A stretch of 64,000 nt of DNA from Candidatus Micrarchaeota archaeon (GCA_021814005.1 JAKAJC010000004.1:230-64229), one strand, 5' to 3'. Positions 27,200 to 36,263 are shown, counted from the stretch's first letter. Notes: a model not told the origin generated them from the sequence alone. Translations and numbers: made by a program.

Positions 27200-30100
27200 T
27201 TGGGAAAAGAAAAAGAAATTGAGAGCATGCGCGCACAGGCGCCGCACCCGTCGCGGGAATCGGACAGTGGAACAAATATCAATCTGTTGTTTTTGGCCGC
27301 CATCTCCCTCTCCCTTCTCTCCCTCATTTTCCTCTCGGGCTGCGTGCAGCCCAACTCCAACCTCTCCTACGGCGCGTGCTGCATGCAGAGCAATTCGTTC
27401 TATACCTGCCAGGTGCGCACCGACGCCAACGGCACGCAGCAGCGGGATTCGAACGGCAACCTTCTCATCGACGGCTGCGGCCCCTGCATTGCCGTTGCCA
27501 AGAACGGCACGGTTTACAACTCGTCCGGCCCAACCGACGCCGCGCTCTGCACAAACAACTGCAACTTCAAGCAGTCCAACTGCACCAATTTCGACGGCAA
27601 AAACACCTGCTATCTTGTGGACAAGAACATGCAGACAACCAACGAATCGGTGGGCCCGATTTGCATGGCCGCAACCGACCCGTGCGTGCAGAACAACTGC
27701 ACTGCCATGGTTTACGGCAAGCCGCTTCCATCCCCCAAGCGCAGCATCAACTCCCAGTCGGTGCAGCAGTCCAACAACCCGGACGGCAACGCGTTCAAGC
27801 AGGACGCGGCCAACCAGAAGACCGGCCTTGTGGGCCGCATCATGCAGTTCAGCCAGTTCAACACCCGCCTTGCCCGCCTCTTGAAAAGTCCGGACTGGTC
27901 TGTGAACACTTTGCGCCTCGGCCTCCAAGGACAATTTTCCGACTACGACCGCGCGCGTTTCTATCTTCCGCCCTCGGATTACTTCTGCCCGCAAAACAAC
28001 CCCAACGCAATAGTTGACCGCTACACCGCCTATCTGGACGGGTTGAGCGCGCTCCCGCCTTTCCGCTCATACTACACTGTCAATTACGCAACAACCTGCA
28101 GCCCCGGCCACAAAAAACCCCCGTATGGCGGCTGGTATTCAACATGCACCTGCACTCCCTCCAGCCCTCCCGCCCCGCCGTGCGGCAAGGATTTCATGGG
28201 TTCTTCTGCCCTTGATGCAGAAGACATGTGCAACTCCTCCTGCACGAATTTCAGCCGTGTATACAGCACGCCCAATTTCAAGAATCCGCTCAGCCTCTGC
28301 CGCCTCGAGCCGGCATCAGGCGCCAATCTCTCCTACTTCTACTGCGATGTCAATCCCGGGCTCAAGTTCACCATCGCCGACCCGTCCGACCAGCTGCGCG
28401 CATATCTTTCCTGCCAGAAAGCATGCAGTTACAGCCAATACCGCACATGCAGCCAGAATCAGGACCTTCTGACCTACAACGCCAATCTCCACCCCAATAT
28501 TTATTCGCCCTCCAATTGGCCTCCACAAACACCTCCGGCCGGCTCAATCCAGCCGTTCATCGACATCGACCAATATGCCAAGGCGCTTGCGAACGCTTAT
28601 CCGACTCCGACCGGGCCGGCCTGGTGCCCCGCGCTTGTGGCGCTAAGACCCGACCCTGCCAAGGAGGCGGCGATGAAGAATGACCCGCGCAATTACTACA
28701 AATGCCTTCTGCCCGAACCCAACAGTGCCGGCGCCAACCAGACCATAGCCGCCTACGGCATCACGGCCGACCAGTACAACACCACCTATATGAGCGAGGG
28801 CATCAAGCCCGGGCCTGCCGGCGGCAAGGTGTTTGAGTGCACCGGCGGCGGCGACTGCCTCTCCGGCATCTGCGACAAATCCACCTATTCGCGCACCTCA
28901 TGCTTCCTCAAAGACGGCTCTGCGGTTGACTGCGCCTGCCGCTGGGTAACCAATTGCAAGCTCGCGTACCAATGCTCGGGTTACGAAGCCCGCAGCATCA
29001 GAAAAGACCAGTGCGAGGTGAACCTCAACAACTGCCAGGAGGCACAGGGAGGCTCGGACTATCCGGTGCTGATGTGCGAGTACCGCATCAATCCGCTCAC
29101 TCCCCAGACCGCCAATCCGCCCATCCATGGCCTGCGCACCCCCTACGCCTCCAGTGGCAACTATGTTTTCAACGACGGCCGCAACGGCTACGGCATTCTG
29201 CATATCGAGGAATTCAACAAATACATCGACGCTGCGGTCGCGGACGCCGAGCTTGCCACGGTGCAAAGGCCCTCCACTTCGCTCGAATTGTGCCCAAGCC
29301 GCGTGCGCCGGCCATGCGCCTCTTCAACAGAACAGGGCTGCTATGTGAGGAACACCAATCCTCCCGACGTGTCGGTGCTCTGGCAGCATGACGGCGACAG
29401 CGACGTATACCAGAACATACCGGCCTACACGCCCACCTACGACGCCTGCCCAAGCGGCGGCACGCTGTCCAATGTCTCTGGCTGGAAAGACACTCCCAAG
29501 GCATTTGGCGACTATTTGCGCGACAGTTCCTACCCCTCGCGCGAAACATTTGCTCTCGTGCCCACGCAGCAGGCGGTGGCCGGGCCGGGAGGCGCGCATT
29601 TCATCACCACCAGCCGCTATGTGACATGGCAGAATGACAACTGCTATTTCTCGCTCTCCGGCTACACTCTGAGCGGCTCAAAATGTCCGGCAGACCAGGT
29701 CCGCTTCCCGCTCTTTCAGGCCTGCAACATGAGCGTTAATTCCGAATATTTCAACAAAGCCGCAGGCAGCAGGAGCTATCCTTATCAGGACGCGTATCAG
29801 GCCGAAATATACAATGCCCGCGGGCAGGATGCGGCCGGCTCCGCGTTTGATGTGAAATATGTGGACGGCTATTCCTACGACCCAAACAACAACGACACCC
29901 TTTATTCCTACGGCGGCTCTGACCCCTACCGCATAGACAAGACGTGGGCAATCTACAGTTTCGGCGCCTGCCAGGTCCAGCCAAGCACCCCATCCGCTCC
30001 GGCGGTGTCGGGCAAGAGCCCGCCGCCGGTGGTGTTCAGCTACGGCATGTGCCGCTCGTGCGGCACCCTGCTGTCCATGGCTTACCAGCCGGTGAAGGAT

Positions 30101-31864
30101 TCGCCTCTGGCCTTCCCATACGACTTCAACGGCTACTGCCCCTCGGGCTGCAAAAAGTATATTTGGAACGGCTTTCTGAATATGGGGCCGAAATTCTCGT
30201 GGTGCGCCGAGTGCCCGTCCAGCTATCCTGCGCAGACTTTCAGCCAATTCGCAAGAGGCTCGCCGGCAATGTATCCTGATTTCGGATTTCTGGCCGACAA
30301 AATCAACGAATACCAGTCATCCAACATCCTGCCAGTTCTGGATGTGCGCAACTACCACTATGCCGACGGGGGCAGCACTGTTGTGAGAGTGCCGTTCTCA
30401 AATCTCTGCCAGACGCTCGGCGGCAAGAGGGGCGGCTCCGGCGCAATCAACCAAAACGGCGGCGTGTATCAGGGTTCTGCCTGGGACTGCACCCTTCCCG
30501 CACAGCCCGACTGGCTGCTTGCATATCTGAACAAGAACCACTCGGCCGCGGTTCTTATCGTGGCCAACCTGCCCCCCGCCGCAATCGACCCGGCTGTCGT
30601 GCAGGCGGAGGTGGACCGCTCTGCGAAGGCCTGCCCCAACTGCCTGCGGGCGCTCGAATACGTCCCGCTTCTCACGCCTTCCGACGTGACGGGGGCAGAC
30701 TACAATTATCCTTCAGCCCTCAACGACTCGGTGGCTTCATACACGAACGTGTCATTCAATCCCCTGCGCGTCAGCACGCCTCCCGAATGGCTGTCCAACC
30801 GCGGCAAGAAGCCCGACAACGTGCGGCAGGTGGACATGATAGTGCTTGAGCTTGACATGTCCGGCGTGGACATGACCAACGAGACGACCGTGGACAACGC
30901 AGTCCTCGCTTATGTCAACCTCTCGCGCCGCCTGCTGCAGCACGTGGGCTGGCCGACAATTTGGAAAATCAATTACAGATTCGGCATGTACCCCTCCGCG
31001 CTCACCAACGACGTCCTCTACCGCCGCATCATAGCGCACGAGCGCGAGATGACGCTGGCAGGGGTGAGCGGCGTGCTTATGCCGGCCATGGACAACGGCG
31101 ACCCGGACGGGCACATCACCGGCCCGCCCACCGAGCAGTTCGGCCGCCTTCTTCCCAACACCGGCGGCTTGAGCGGCTCGAGCCTTATCCGCGCATCCGG
31201 CACGCCTTTCTGCGCCCTGCAAAATGCCTCGGCCGAATTCCTGCATCCCAAGATGATGGTCGGCACCCAGAAAATTCTGGCCAAGAACAACTGCTCCTGC
31301 CTGCCGTGCAGCGACATGGACCTTCTGGCCGGCAACTGCAACAACAAGTGCTATGACGGGCTGGCCTGCGAGGCTCCCGGCGGCGGCACAAGCGCCGGCA
31401 GCAAGTGCGAGCCATACTGCGTGCGCAACAGCTTCTGCCAAAACAACCTGTGCAACGGCACCCAGATTGGAAGCAAGACAACAACCTGCACCGCCCTGCG
31501 CCCCACCAACCTGCCGCCTGTCTCCTGCGGCGCCAACAACGCCCTCTTCCCCAAGTGCGACGTGCTGGCCGATGCCGCGCTCAAAGACATAGCCGCATTG
31601 CCGCAGGCGCCGCAGCTTATCGGCGGATTGCCGCCGGGGCAGGGCTGCTGCCTGTCGCAGAATCGCACCTATTACACCTACCGCTCTGCCGGTTCTGCCG
31701 CCACTTCAGCAGAGCCGGTCATTTTCCCCGGCTACGGCGCCAACACCACAGACTGCGGGCGCGTGCCGGACCCGGGCGACCCCTATTCCGACCCGTCCGC
31801 AAACTGCGCCGTGCCGCCTGCTCCGCTAAGCAATGTGATGTGGACCTGCACCCCGCCGAGATGA
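27200..31864 (+). CDS. Giant Cys-rich secreted lipoprotein-like protein G9 (1554 aa) with no membrane module
   Basis: The track gives a TTG start; the ATG at MRAQAPH is an alternative. The signal peptide ends in the lipobox-like LSGC. It is extremely Cys-rich, with CxxC, CPxxCK and CPxC pairs. It has many sequons and a hydrophilic C-terminus. It is the last gene of the cluster. Confidence 0.75.
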   Translation: MGKEKEIESMRAQAPHPSRESDSGTNINLLFLAAISLSLLSLIFLSGCVQPNSNLSYGACCMQSNSFYTCQVRTDANGTQQRDSNGNLLIDGCGPCIAVAKNGTVYNSSGPTDAALCTNNCNFKQSNCTNFDGKNTCYLVDKNMQTTNESVGPICMAATDPCVQNNCTAMVYGKPLPSPKRSINSQSVQQSNNPDGNAFKQDAANQKTGLVGRIMQFSQFNTRLARLLKSPDWSVNTLRLGLQGQFSDYDRARFYLPPSDYFCPQNNPNAIVDRYTAYLDGLSALPPFRSYYTVNYATTCSPGHKKPPYGGWYSTCTCTPSSPPAPPCGKDFMGSSALDAEDMCNSSCTNFSRVYSTPNFKNPLSLCRLEPASGANLSYFYCDVNPGLKFTIADPSDQLRAYLSCQKACSYSQYRTCSQNQDLLTYNANLHPNIYSPSNWPPQTPPAGSIQPFIDIDQYAKALANAYPTPTGPAWCPALVALRPDPAKEAAMKNDPRNYYKCLLPEPNSAGANQTIAAYGITADQYNTTYMSEGIKPGPAGGKVFECTGGGDCLSGICDKSTYSRTSCFLKDGSAVDCACRWVTNCKLAYQCSGYEARSIRKDQCEVNLNNCQEAQGGSDYPVLMCEYRINPLTPQTANPPIHGLRTPYASSGNYVFNDGRNGYGILHIEEFNKYIDAAVADAELATVQRPSTSLELCPSRVRRPCASSTEQGCYVRNTNPPDVSVLWQHDGDSDVYQNIPAYTPTYDACPSGGTLSNVSGWKDTPKAFGDYLRDSSYPSRETFALVPTQQAVAGPGGAHFITTSRYVTWQNDNCYFSLSGYTLSGSKCPADQVRFPLFQACNMSVNSEYFNKAAGSRSYPYQDAYQAEIYNARGQDAAGSAFDVKYVDGYSYDPNNNDTLYSYGGSDPYRIDKTWAIYSFGACQVQPSTPSAPAVSGKSPPPVVFSYGMCRSCGTLLSMAYQPVKDSPLAFPYDFNGYCPSGCKKYIWNGFLNMGPKFSWCAECPSSYPAQTFSQFARGSPAMYPDFGFLADKINEYQSSNILPVLDVRNYHYADGGSTVVRVPFSNLCQTLGGKRGGSGAINQNGGVYQGSAWDCTLPAQPDWLLAYLNKNHSAAVLIVANLPPAAIDPAVVQAEVDRSAKACPNCLRALEYVPLLTPSDVTGADYNYPSALNDSVASYTNVSFNPLRVSTPPEWLSNRGKKPDNVRQVDMIVLELDMSGVDMTNETTVDNAVLAYVNLSRRLLQHVGWPTIWKINYRFGMYPSALTNDVLYRRIIAHEREMTLAGVSGVLMPAMDNGDPDGHITGPPTEQFGRLLPNTGGLSGSSLIRASGTPFCALQNASAEFLHPKMMVGTQKILAKNNCSCLPCSDMDLLAGNCNNKCYDGLACEAPGGGTSAGSKCEPYCVRNSFCQNNLCNGTQIGSKTTTCTALRPTNLPPVSCGANNALFPKCDVLADAALKDIAALPQAPQLIGGLPPGQGCCLSQNRTYYTYRSAGSAATSAEPVIFPGYGANTTDCGRVPDPGDPYSDPSANCAVPPAPLSNVMWTCTPPR

Positions 31865-31908
31865 GCGGGCATCAGCGCAATCGCCGTCTCGGCAGGTCCG
31901 ACCTCTTC

Positions 31909-31918
31909 GTTTATATTG
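31909..31918 (+). promoter_or_regulatory. TATA box (GTTTATATTG) about 30 nt upstream of tRNA-His
   Basis: AT-rich box at the appropriate distance from the tRNA 5' end. Confidence 0.4.
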
Positions 31919-31945
31919 TTACTTCGTCCCAGATTAATTTATCGT

Positions 31946-32058
31946 GGCCAAGGTGGTGTAGCCTGGTAGCACTGGGGATTGTGGAAACCCCTTGCCCGGA
32001 TTGTCGGGCAATTAGTTGCAGACCTCCCTTAGCCCGGGTTCAAATCCCGGCCTTGGCC
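31946..32058 (+). tRNA. tRNA-His (anticodon GUG) with an encoded G-1 and a roughly 39-nt intron in the anticodon loop
   Basis: Manual fold. Acceptor GCCAAGG/CCTTGGC. G-1 is opposite discriminator C. D-stem GTGT/GCAC. Anticodon stem GGGGA/TCCCT. Loop TTGTGGA gives anticodon GTG. T-arm CCGGG-TTCAAAT-CCCGG. An extra roughly 39 nt (AAACCCC...GCAGACC) lies 3' of the anticodon and contains a CCCGG...CGGG hairpin, as in bulge-helix-bulge introns. A T-tract follows the gene. Confidence 0.7.
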
Positions 32059-32060
32059 CA

Positions 32061-32070
32061 TTTTTTTATT
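32061..32070 (+). terminator. Oligo-T tract (TTTTTTTATT) immediately after tRNA-His. It overlaps the stop of the convergent Nmd3-like gene.
   Basis: Archaeal terminators are U-tracts. Read directly from the sequence. Confidence 0.4.
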
Positions 32071-32740
32071 CTCTGCGCCTGTCTTTTACCGGCTCTTCCT
32101 TTTCGCCTTTCTCAAGCCGAAGCAAAAACGTGGAGCGCAAAAGCGGCTTGCCGTTTTTCTCGCCGACCAGCTTTTCTGTTCGCACGAATTTGTAGCCCTC
32201 GAGGCGGATGATGTTTTCCACATCCTTTTTTTCGCCGACCTGAATGTCCATGCCGCCGTGCATGGGTGCAACATCCTGCAAAAACGTCCTGCGCTCGAGG
32301 CGGCGCACCAGCCTCTTTCTCGCGCTCTCCACACGCACCGGGTCTCCGCGAATCTGAATTATTGCCTCATGATAGCTGCTTCCAATGCGGCCGCAGTTGG
32401 GGCACATATGCTCCGTGTACTTGACTGTAAATGGATGCGTATATGCAATTTTCGCCCCCTCCTCGTTGAATATGCCCTCCCACTGCTGCGCCTCTATATT
32501 GTAATGGCCATTCAGCCCCTTTTTCTCGAACTGGTGAGACACCAAATCCGAAACCAGCTGCGCGTCGGGGTGTTTCCACTCCCTGTCCCGATAAACGCGC
32601 TTGCAGGTGGGGCACTGCTTGAGCTCAAGGCCGCTCGGCCAGTCCTTGCGGCTGCGGTCAAGCGTGCATTCCACGCACAGCTCGCCAACAAAAGGCCTCT
32701 CGTTGGATGACTTGCCGCAGACTGGGCATATTCTTTCCAT
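32066..32740 (-). CDS. Nmd3-like zinc-binding protein (ribosomal large-subunit export/maturation factor homolog), 224 aa
   Basis: The N-terminal cluster CPVCG...LCVEC...CPTCK...CPNCG resembles the Nmd3 N-terminal zinc-binding domain. The protein is shorter than eukaryotic Nmd3. Confidence 0.5.
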   Translation of the reverse strand: MERICPVCGKSSNERPFVGELCVECTLDRSRKDWPSGLELKQCPTCKRVYRDREWKHPDAQLVSDLVSHQFEKKGLNGHYNIEAQQWEGIFNEEGAKIAYTHPFTVKYTEHMCPNCGRIGSSYHEAIIQIRGDPVRVESARKRLVRRLERRTFLQDVAPMHGGMDIQVGEKKDVENIIRLEGYKFVRTEKLVGEKNGKPLLRSTFLLRLEKGEKEEPVKDRRRE

Positions 32741-32748
32741 GATGTCTT

Positions 32749-33012
32749 TTGGCGCGTCCGGACATTATAATATATACTTTTACTCGTCCACCCAATCCCA
32801 TGGAAGAAGAGAAGGCCAACGCCAATTCGGAGCTGCGCTATATCGCGCTCGAGCTGACCAAACTCGCCGAGAAGCGCAAAAAGCCGTTCAAAATCGTGGC
32901 TGCCGAATACATGCTCAATGTTTTCGAATTGGAAAGCATGCTGCGCGCAGCCCCGCCAGTTCCGCGCACAGGCCGCAAAACGCGCCACTCCATAAGCGAG
33001 CGCGAACAATAA
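32749..33012 (+). CDS. Small hypothetical protein (about 70-87 aa)
   Basis: The ORF is in an otherwise empty gap. It has a charged, helical composition and no recognisable motif. It may start at the internal Met (MEEEKANAN). Confidence 0.3.
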   Translation: MARPDIIIYTFTRPPNPMEEEKANANSELRYIALELTKLAEKRKKPFKIVAAEYMLNVFELESMLRAAPPVPRTGRKTRHSISEREQ

Positions 33013-33107
33013 TTTCATTTTCCTCTTTTTTCATTTTCTTGTTTTTGTGTTTTTCTTAATTTCAGCCAATCCCTCATCTTTTTAGCCCCTCGCGTTGTTC
33101 CTCTCCT

Positions 33108-34910
33108 ATGGAATCAGCCAAGACGGCGCTGGGGCTCACCCGCTATTTCGTGGCCCTGCCGCCCGCCAAGCACATGCTCGCCTTTCTCCTTCTCTCCACG
33201 CTCATAGGCGGCGCGCTGCTTGACTGGGCCCGCTCCGGCCGCCTTGACGGCGTTTCTCTTATGAGCGGCGCGGGCAGCGCGCTTATCACCATCGCCATTC
33301 CCTCCCTCATTGCCGCGGGCGCATTGGCGGTTTTGCGCAGGCGCGTAACCCCGCAGCGCGCCTTGGCGGTCGGCCTGATTTCAGGGCTGACCTATCTGTT
33401 CTTTTTCATCTGTGCCGCCGCCCTGAGCCACTTCTATCTTCCGGCATCCAACCTTGTCTTTGTGGGTTTTGGCGTCGCATTTCTTCTCTGGCTCACGGTT
33501 CTCAAATACGCGTTCGGCCTCACCCGCTCGGCATGGCTGTTTGCCATCGCCCAGCTTTTGGGCTACACTTTCTTCATGCTGGCCGGCTCCTCGCTCTATC
33601 TGGAGGCCCCCACCGACACCCTGATGCGCGTGGTGCTTGCAGCATCCGTGTTCGTGGCCGCCCTTTATGCAGTGCTCTCATTTGCCTCCGGCCCCCTCAA
33701 GCGCAATCTCGGGCTCAAATCAGGCGACATATTGTCAGGCTTTTCCAGCCAGTGGCTTTTTGGTGAAAACGATTTGGAGGAGGCGTTTGACGAAATCGGC
33801 GAAAACGTGCAAACCTATGTTGGCATGGCCGAGTGGCGCACAAAGCACGGCAATCTGCGGTGGGTGGTGCCCTATGTCCACTTCGGCCCGTTCGGCTCAT
33901 TGGGCGGCAGCCACTTTTCCTACAAAATGGCCGAGGCCCTCTCAAACCAGCGCACAATGGCAATGGTGTTTCACGGCACCTGCACCCACGACTTTGACCC
34001 GGTTTCATCCAAGCAAATCAACGCACTTCTGGCGGCCTGCCAGACCATGAGTTCAAAATTCTCTTTCAAACCCGCGCGCTTCACATACAAAGAGGGCAGT
34101 GCCGGCGCCAGCCGCTGCTACTTTCTGGCTGTAAACAATTCCGCCCTGCCAAGCTTTTCGCGCGCGCCACTTTCCACAGAAGACGTGAATTTCGGAGTGG
34201 GCCTTGCGCTTATGGCAAGGGCCGAAACAGCATATTCAAACGCCCTTGTCTTCGACTGCCACAATGCCGAGACGGGAGATTTGGATTATATCGAGCCCGG
34301 CTCGGCCGAGTCGTTTGAAATGATTGACTCTTTGGAGCACGCATTGTCGAGCATGGCCAAAAATACAAAATCCTCCCCAATGTGCGCAGGCTGGTCTGCA
34401 TCAGATGCAGAAGGCATAGGCGGCATCGGAGACGGCGGAATAAAGGTGAGCTGCTTTGCGCCCGCAGGCCGCGCAGACGAATCCCTTTTCTACATCCTCA
34501 TCGACTCCAACGGCATCACCGCCGGCGCGCGCGACCGGCTTATCGGCGCTGTGCGCACCTATTACCCGCGCTCATCGTTTATCGAAGTGCTCACAACCGA
34601 CACCCACCAGCTCAATTCAGTGCGCGGCGTGTTCAACCCCGCAGGCGCGACAGACGAGGCCGCGCTTGAGAAAATGGCGGTGCAATTGTGCGCGCAGGCG
34701 CACGGCCGCCTCTCGCCCGCCACATTCGCAATGGCAAAGCAGAGGGTAGAGGTGAAAGTGCTAGGGCCTTATCAGTCAGCCGAAATAGTCGCAACCCTAA
34801 ATTCGGTTGTCGCGGTGCTCAAATTCGCCCTGCCAATAATATTTTTGGCAGCCATCGCGCTGGTGCTGTTCATACTCGGCAAAATTCCGGGAAGCACGAT
34901 AGCATTATAA
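33108..34910 (+). CDS. Polytopic membrane protein (600 aa), possibly the archaeal DUF2070-type family
   Basis: It has about 6 N-terminal TM helices, a roughly 350-aa soluble domain and a final TM (VLKFALPIIFLAAIALVLFILG). The family call is from memory of the architecture only. Confidence 0.55.
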   Translation: MESAKTALGLTRYFVALPPAKHMLAFLLLSTLIGGALLDWARSGRLDGVSLMSGAGSALITIAIPSLIAAGALAVLRRRVTPQRALAVGLISGLTYLFFFICAAALSHFYLPASNLVFVGFGVAFLLWLTVLKYAFGLTRSAWLFAIAQLLGYTFFMLAGSSLYLEAPTDTLMRVVLAASVFVAALYAVLSFASGPLKRNLGLKSGDILSGFSSQWLFGENDLEEAFDEIGENVQTYVGMAEWRTKHGNLRWVVPYVHFGPFGSLGGSHFSYKMAEALSNQRTMAMVFHGTCTHDFDPVSSKQINALLAACQTMSSKFSFKPARFTYKEGSAGASRCYFLAVNNSALPSFSRAPLSTEDVNFGVGLALMARAETAYSNALVFDCHNAETGDLDYIEPGSAESFEMIDSLEHALSSMAKNTKSSPMCAGWSASDAEGIGGIGDGGIKVSCFAPAGRADESLFYILIDSNGITAGARDRLIGAVRTYYPRSSFIEVLTTDTHQLNSVRGVFNPAGATDEAALEKMAVQLCAQAHGRLSPATFAMAKQRVEVKVLGPYQSAEIVATLNSVVAVLKFALPIIFLAAIALVLFILGKIPGSTIAL

Positions 34911-34986
34911 ACTAAAACAACACTATCTATAACAAGCATATCATCCAATCTTCAGCGGCCAGCTTGAAGCTTAGAGGTGCATTTCG

Positions 34987-35460
34987 ATGAAAGACAAAAT
35001 ATTCATAGCCAAACTAATGAAGCTCCCGGTGCCCATAGTCAGCATCAGCGGCATCCCCACCCTGCCTGAGCTCAAGCAGCACATCCACCTTGCGAATGCC
35101 GGCTCCAAGCACATAGTGATAAGCGCCCACCACATCTTCAACGCCCGCCATGTTCCGTCAGATGAAAAAATCTCATGGGCTCAGGACAAGCTGAAAGCAA
35201 TCAAAACGTCTGAAAACGCCATTAACGGCTTTTCAGAGCTTTTGAATCAGGATTCGGCCCTGCTTGCCCACTGGTACAATGTCCGAATTTTTGATTTGGC
35301 CGACAGAAAAGACACCCTTATCAGCATGGTGTACAAGCTGCAATACTGGGATTTTGTCCAGGAGGAAACAAGGAACGGAAGGGAGCCCATAAACCTGCAT
35401 CTTCAGAAAACCGAAGACAAAATCGCCATCTTTGTGGACGGCAAACACATCAACCCTTAG
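34987..35460 (+). CDS. Hypothetical protein (157 aa) in a lower-GC segment
   Basis: ORF with AT-richer codon usage than its surroundings and no recognisable motif. Confidence 0.5.
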   Translation: MKDKIFIAKLMKLPVPIVSISGIPTLPELKQHIHLANAGSKHIVISAHHIFNARHVPSDEKISWAQDKLKAIKTSENAINGFSELLNQDSALLAHWYNVRIFDLADRKDTLISMVYKLQYWDFVQEETRNGREPINLHLQKTEDKIAIFVDGKHINP

Positions 35461-35509
35461 GCCGGCCAAGTATAATTCGAGAATAATGAAGATAATTAGT
35501 TTTCCAAGG

Positions 35510-35530
35510 TTTTTTGCCTCGAGCAAAAAA
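35510..35530. terminator. Bidirectional terminator-like hairpin TTTTTTGC-CTCGA-GCAAAAAA. It lies between the convergent 157-aa gene and tRNA-Phe.
   Basis: Perfect 8-bp inverted repeat with A/T tracts on both arms. Confidence 0.5.
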
Positions 35531-35533
35531 GCT

Positions 35534-35607
35534 TGCCAATGGCCGGATTTGAACCAGCAACACATCGGTCTTCAGCCGATTGCTCTCCCAGGTTGAGCTA
35601 CATTGGC
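35534..35607 (-). tRNA. tRNA-Phe (anticodon GAA)
   Basis: Manual fold of the reverse complement. Acceptor GCCAATG/CATTGGC. D-arm GCTC-AACCTGGGA-GAGC. Anticodon arm ATCGG-CTGAAGA-CCGAT. T-arm GCTGG-TTCAAAT-CCGGC. Discriminator A. A TATA-like TTTTTATTC lies about 27 nt upstream on the minus strand. Confidence 0.8.
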
Positions 35608-35660
35608 GCGAATGAACTAGGCACAAGCAAAGAATAAAAACAAGCGTTTGGGGGCAGACG

Positions 35661-36263
35661 TCATTTTCCGCCGCCTATCTTCGGCCTTGAGGTCAAAAGC
35701 TGCCTGCCAAGCTCTCGGTGCCCGTCCCGCATGGCGTCATTTTCCAAAAGCCGGCGGATGGCCTCCCAATCCCTGTTGCAGGCCATTTCAACCAGCACGC
35801 CGGGCACTATGTGCATGTTTTCAAAATTCTCGTGGGCCAGATTTACCAAAAGCTCCTTTTTCCCGCCCAGCGAGAGCAATTTGATTGAATTGGCAATAAG
35901 CGTCTTGCGCTGGCGCATGTCGAACTCCCCTTTAGTGGCTCCCACCACGCAGGCCTTGAGCAGGCCCTCGGTCACGCTCATCCCGACTTCGGGGTGGCTG
36001 ACCAGCAGGTGCGAGGACGGGTCTGATGCCAGCGCATTCACCAGCTGAAAAGTTTTGTCATAGCGGCCCACTTTTATTGACGGCATTATCCATTTGCCTA
36101 CGCTAAGTGTAATCTCGCCCAGCGGCACGCGGTCTTTGCCCTCCTTTTTGGCCTGCGTGATGCGGTGCTCCAAATCTTTTTTGAACAAATGAGGCCAGAA
36201 CCTTTTGTCGTTGGCCTTATTCGCCTGCGGATTAGCCCACCATCTGTTTTGCATACCCGTCAC
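35661..36263 (-). CDS. Hypothetical protein (200 aa)
   Basis: ORF in a lower-GC segment next to tRNA-Phe. No recognisable motif. Confidence 0.5.
   Translation of the reverse strand: MTGMQNRWWANPQANKANDKRFWPHLFKKDLEHRITQAKKEGKDRVPLGEITLSVGKWIMPSIKVGRYDKTFQLVNALASDPSSHLLVSHPEVGMSVTEGLLKACVVGATKGEFDMRQRKTLIANSIKLLSLGGKKELLVNLAHENFENMHIVPGVLVEMACNRDWEAIRRLLENDAMRDGHRELGRQLLTSRPKIGGGK

Noticed and set aside
31981-32020. Possible long variable arm (tRNA-Leu/Ser type) instead of an intron in the tRNA at 31946-32060
   Set aside because: The extra nucleotides lie immediately 3' of the anticodon rather than between the anticodon stem and the T-arm. The anticodon GUG with G-1 fits tRNA-His, which has a short variable loop.
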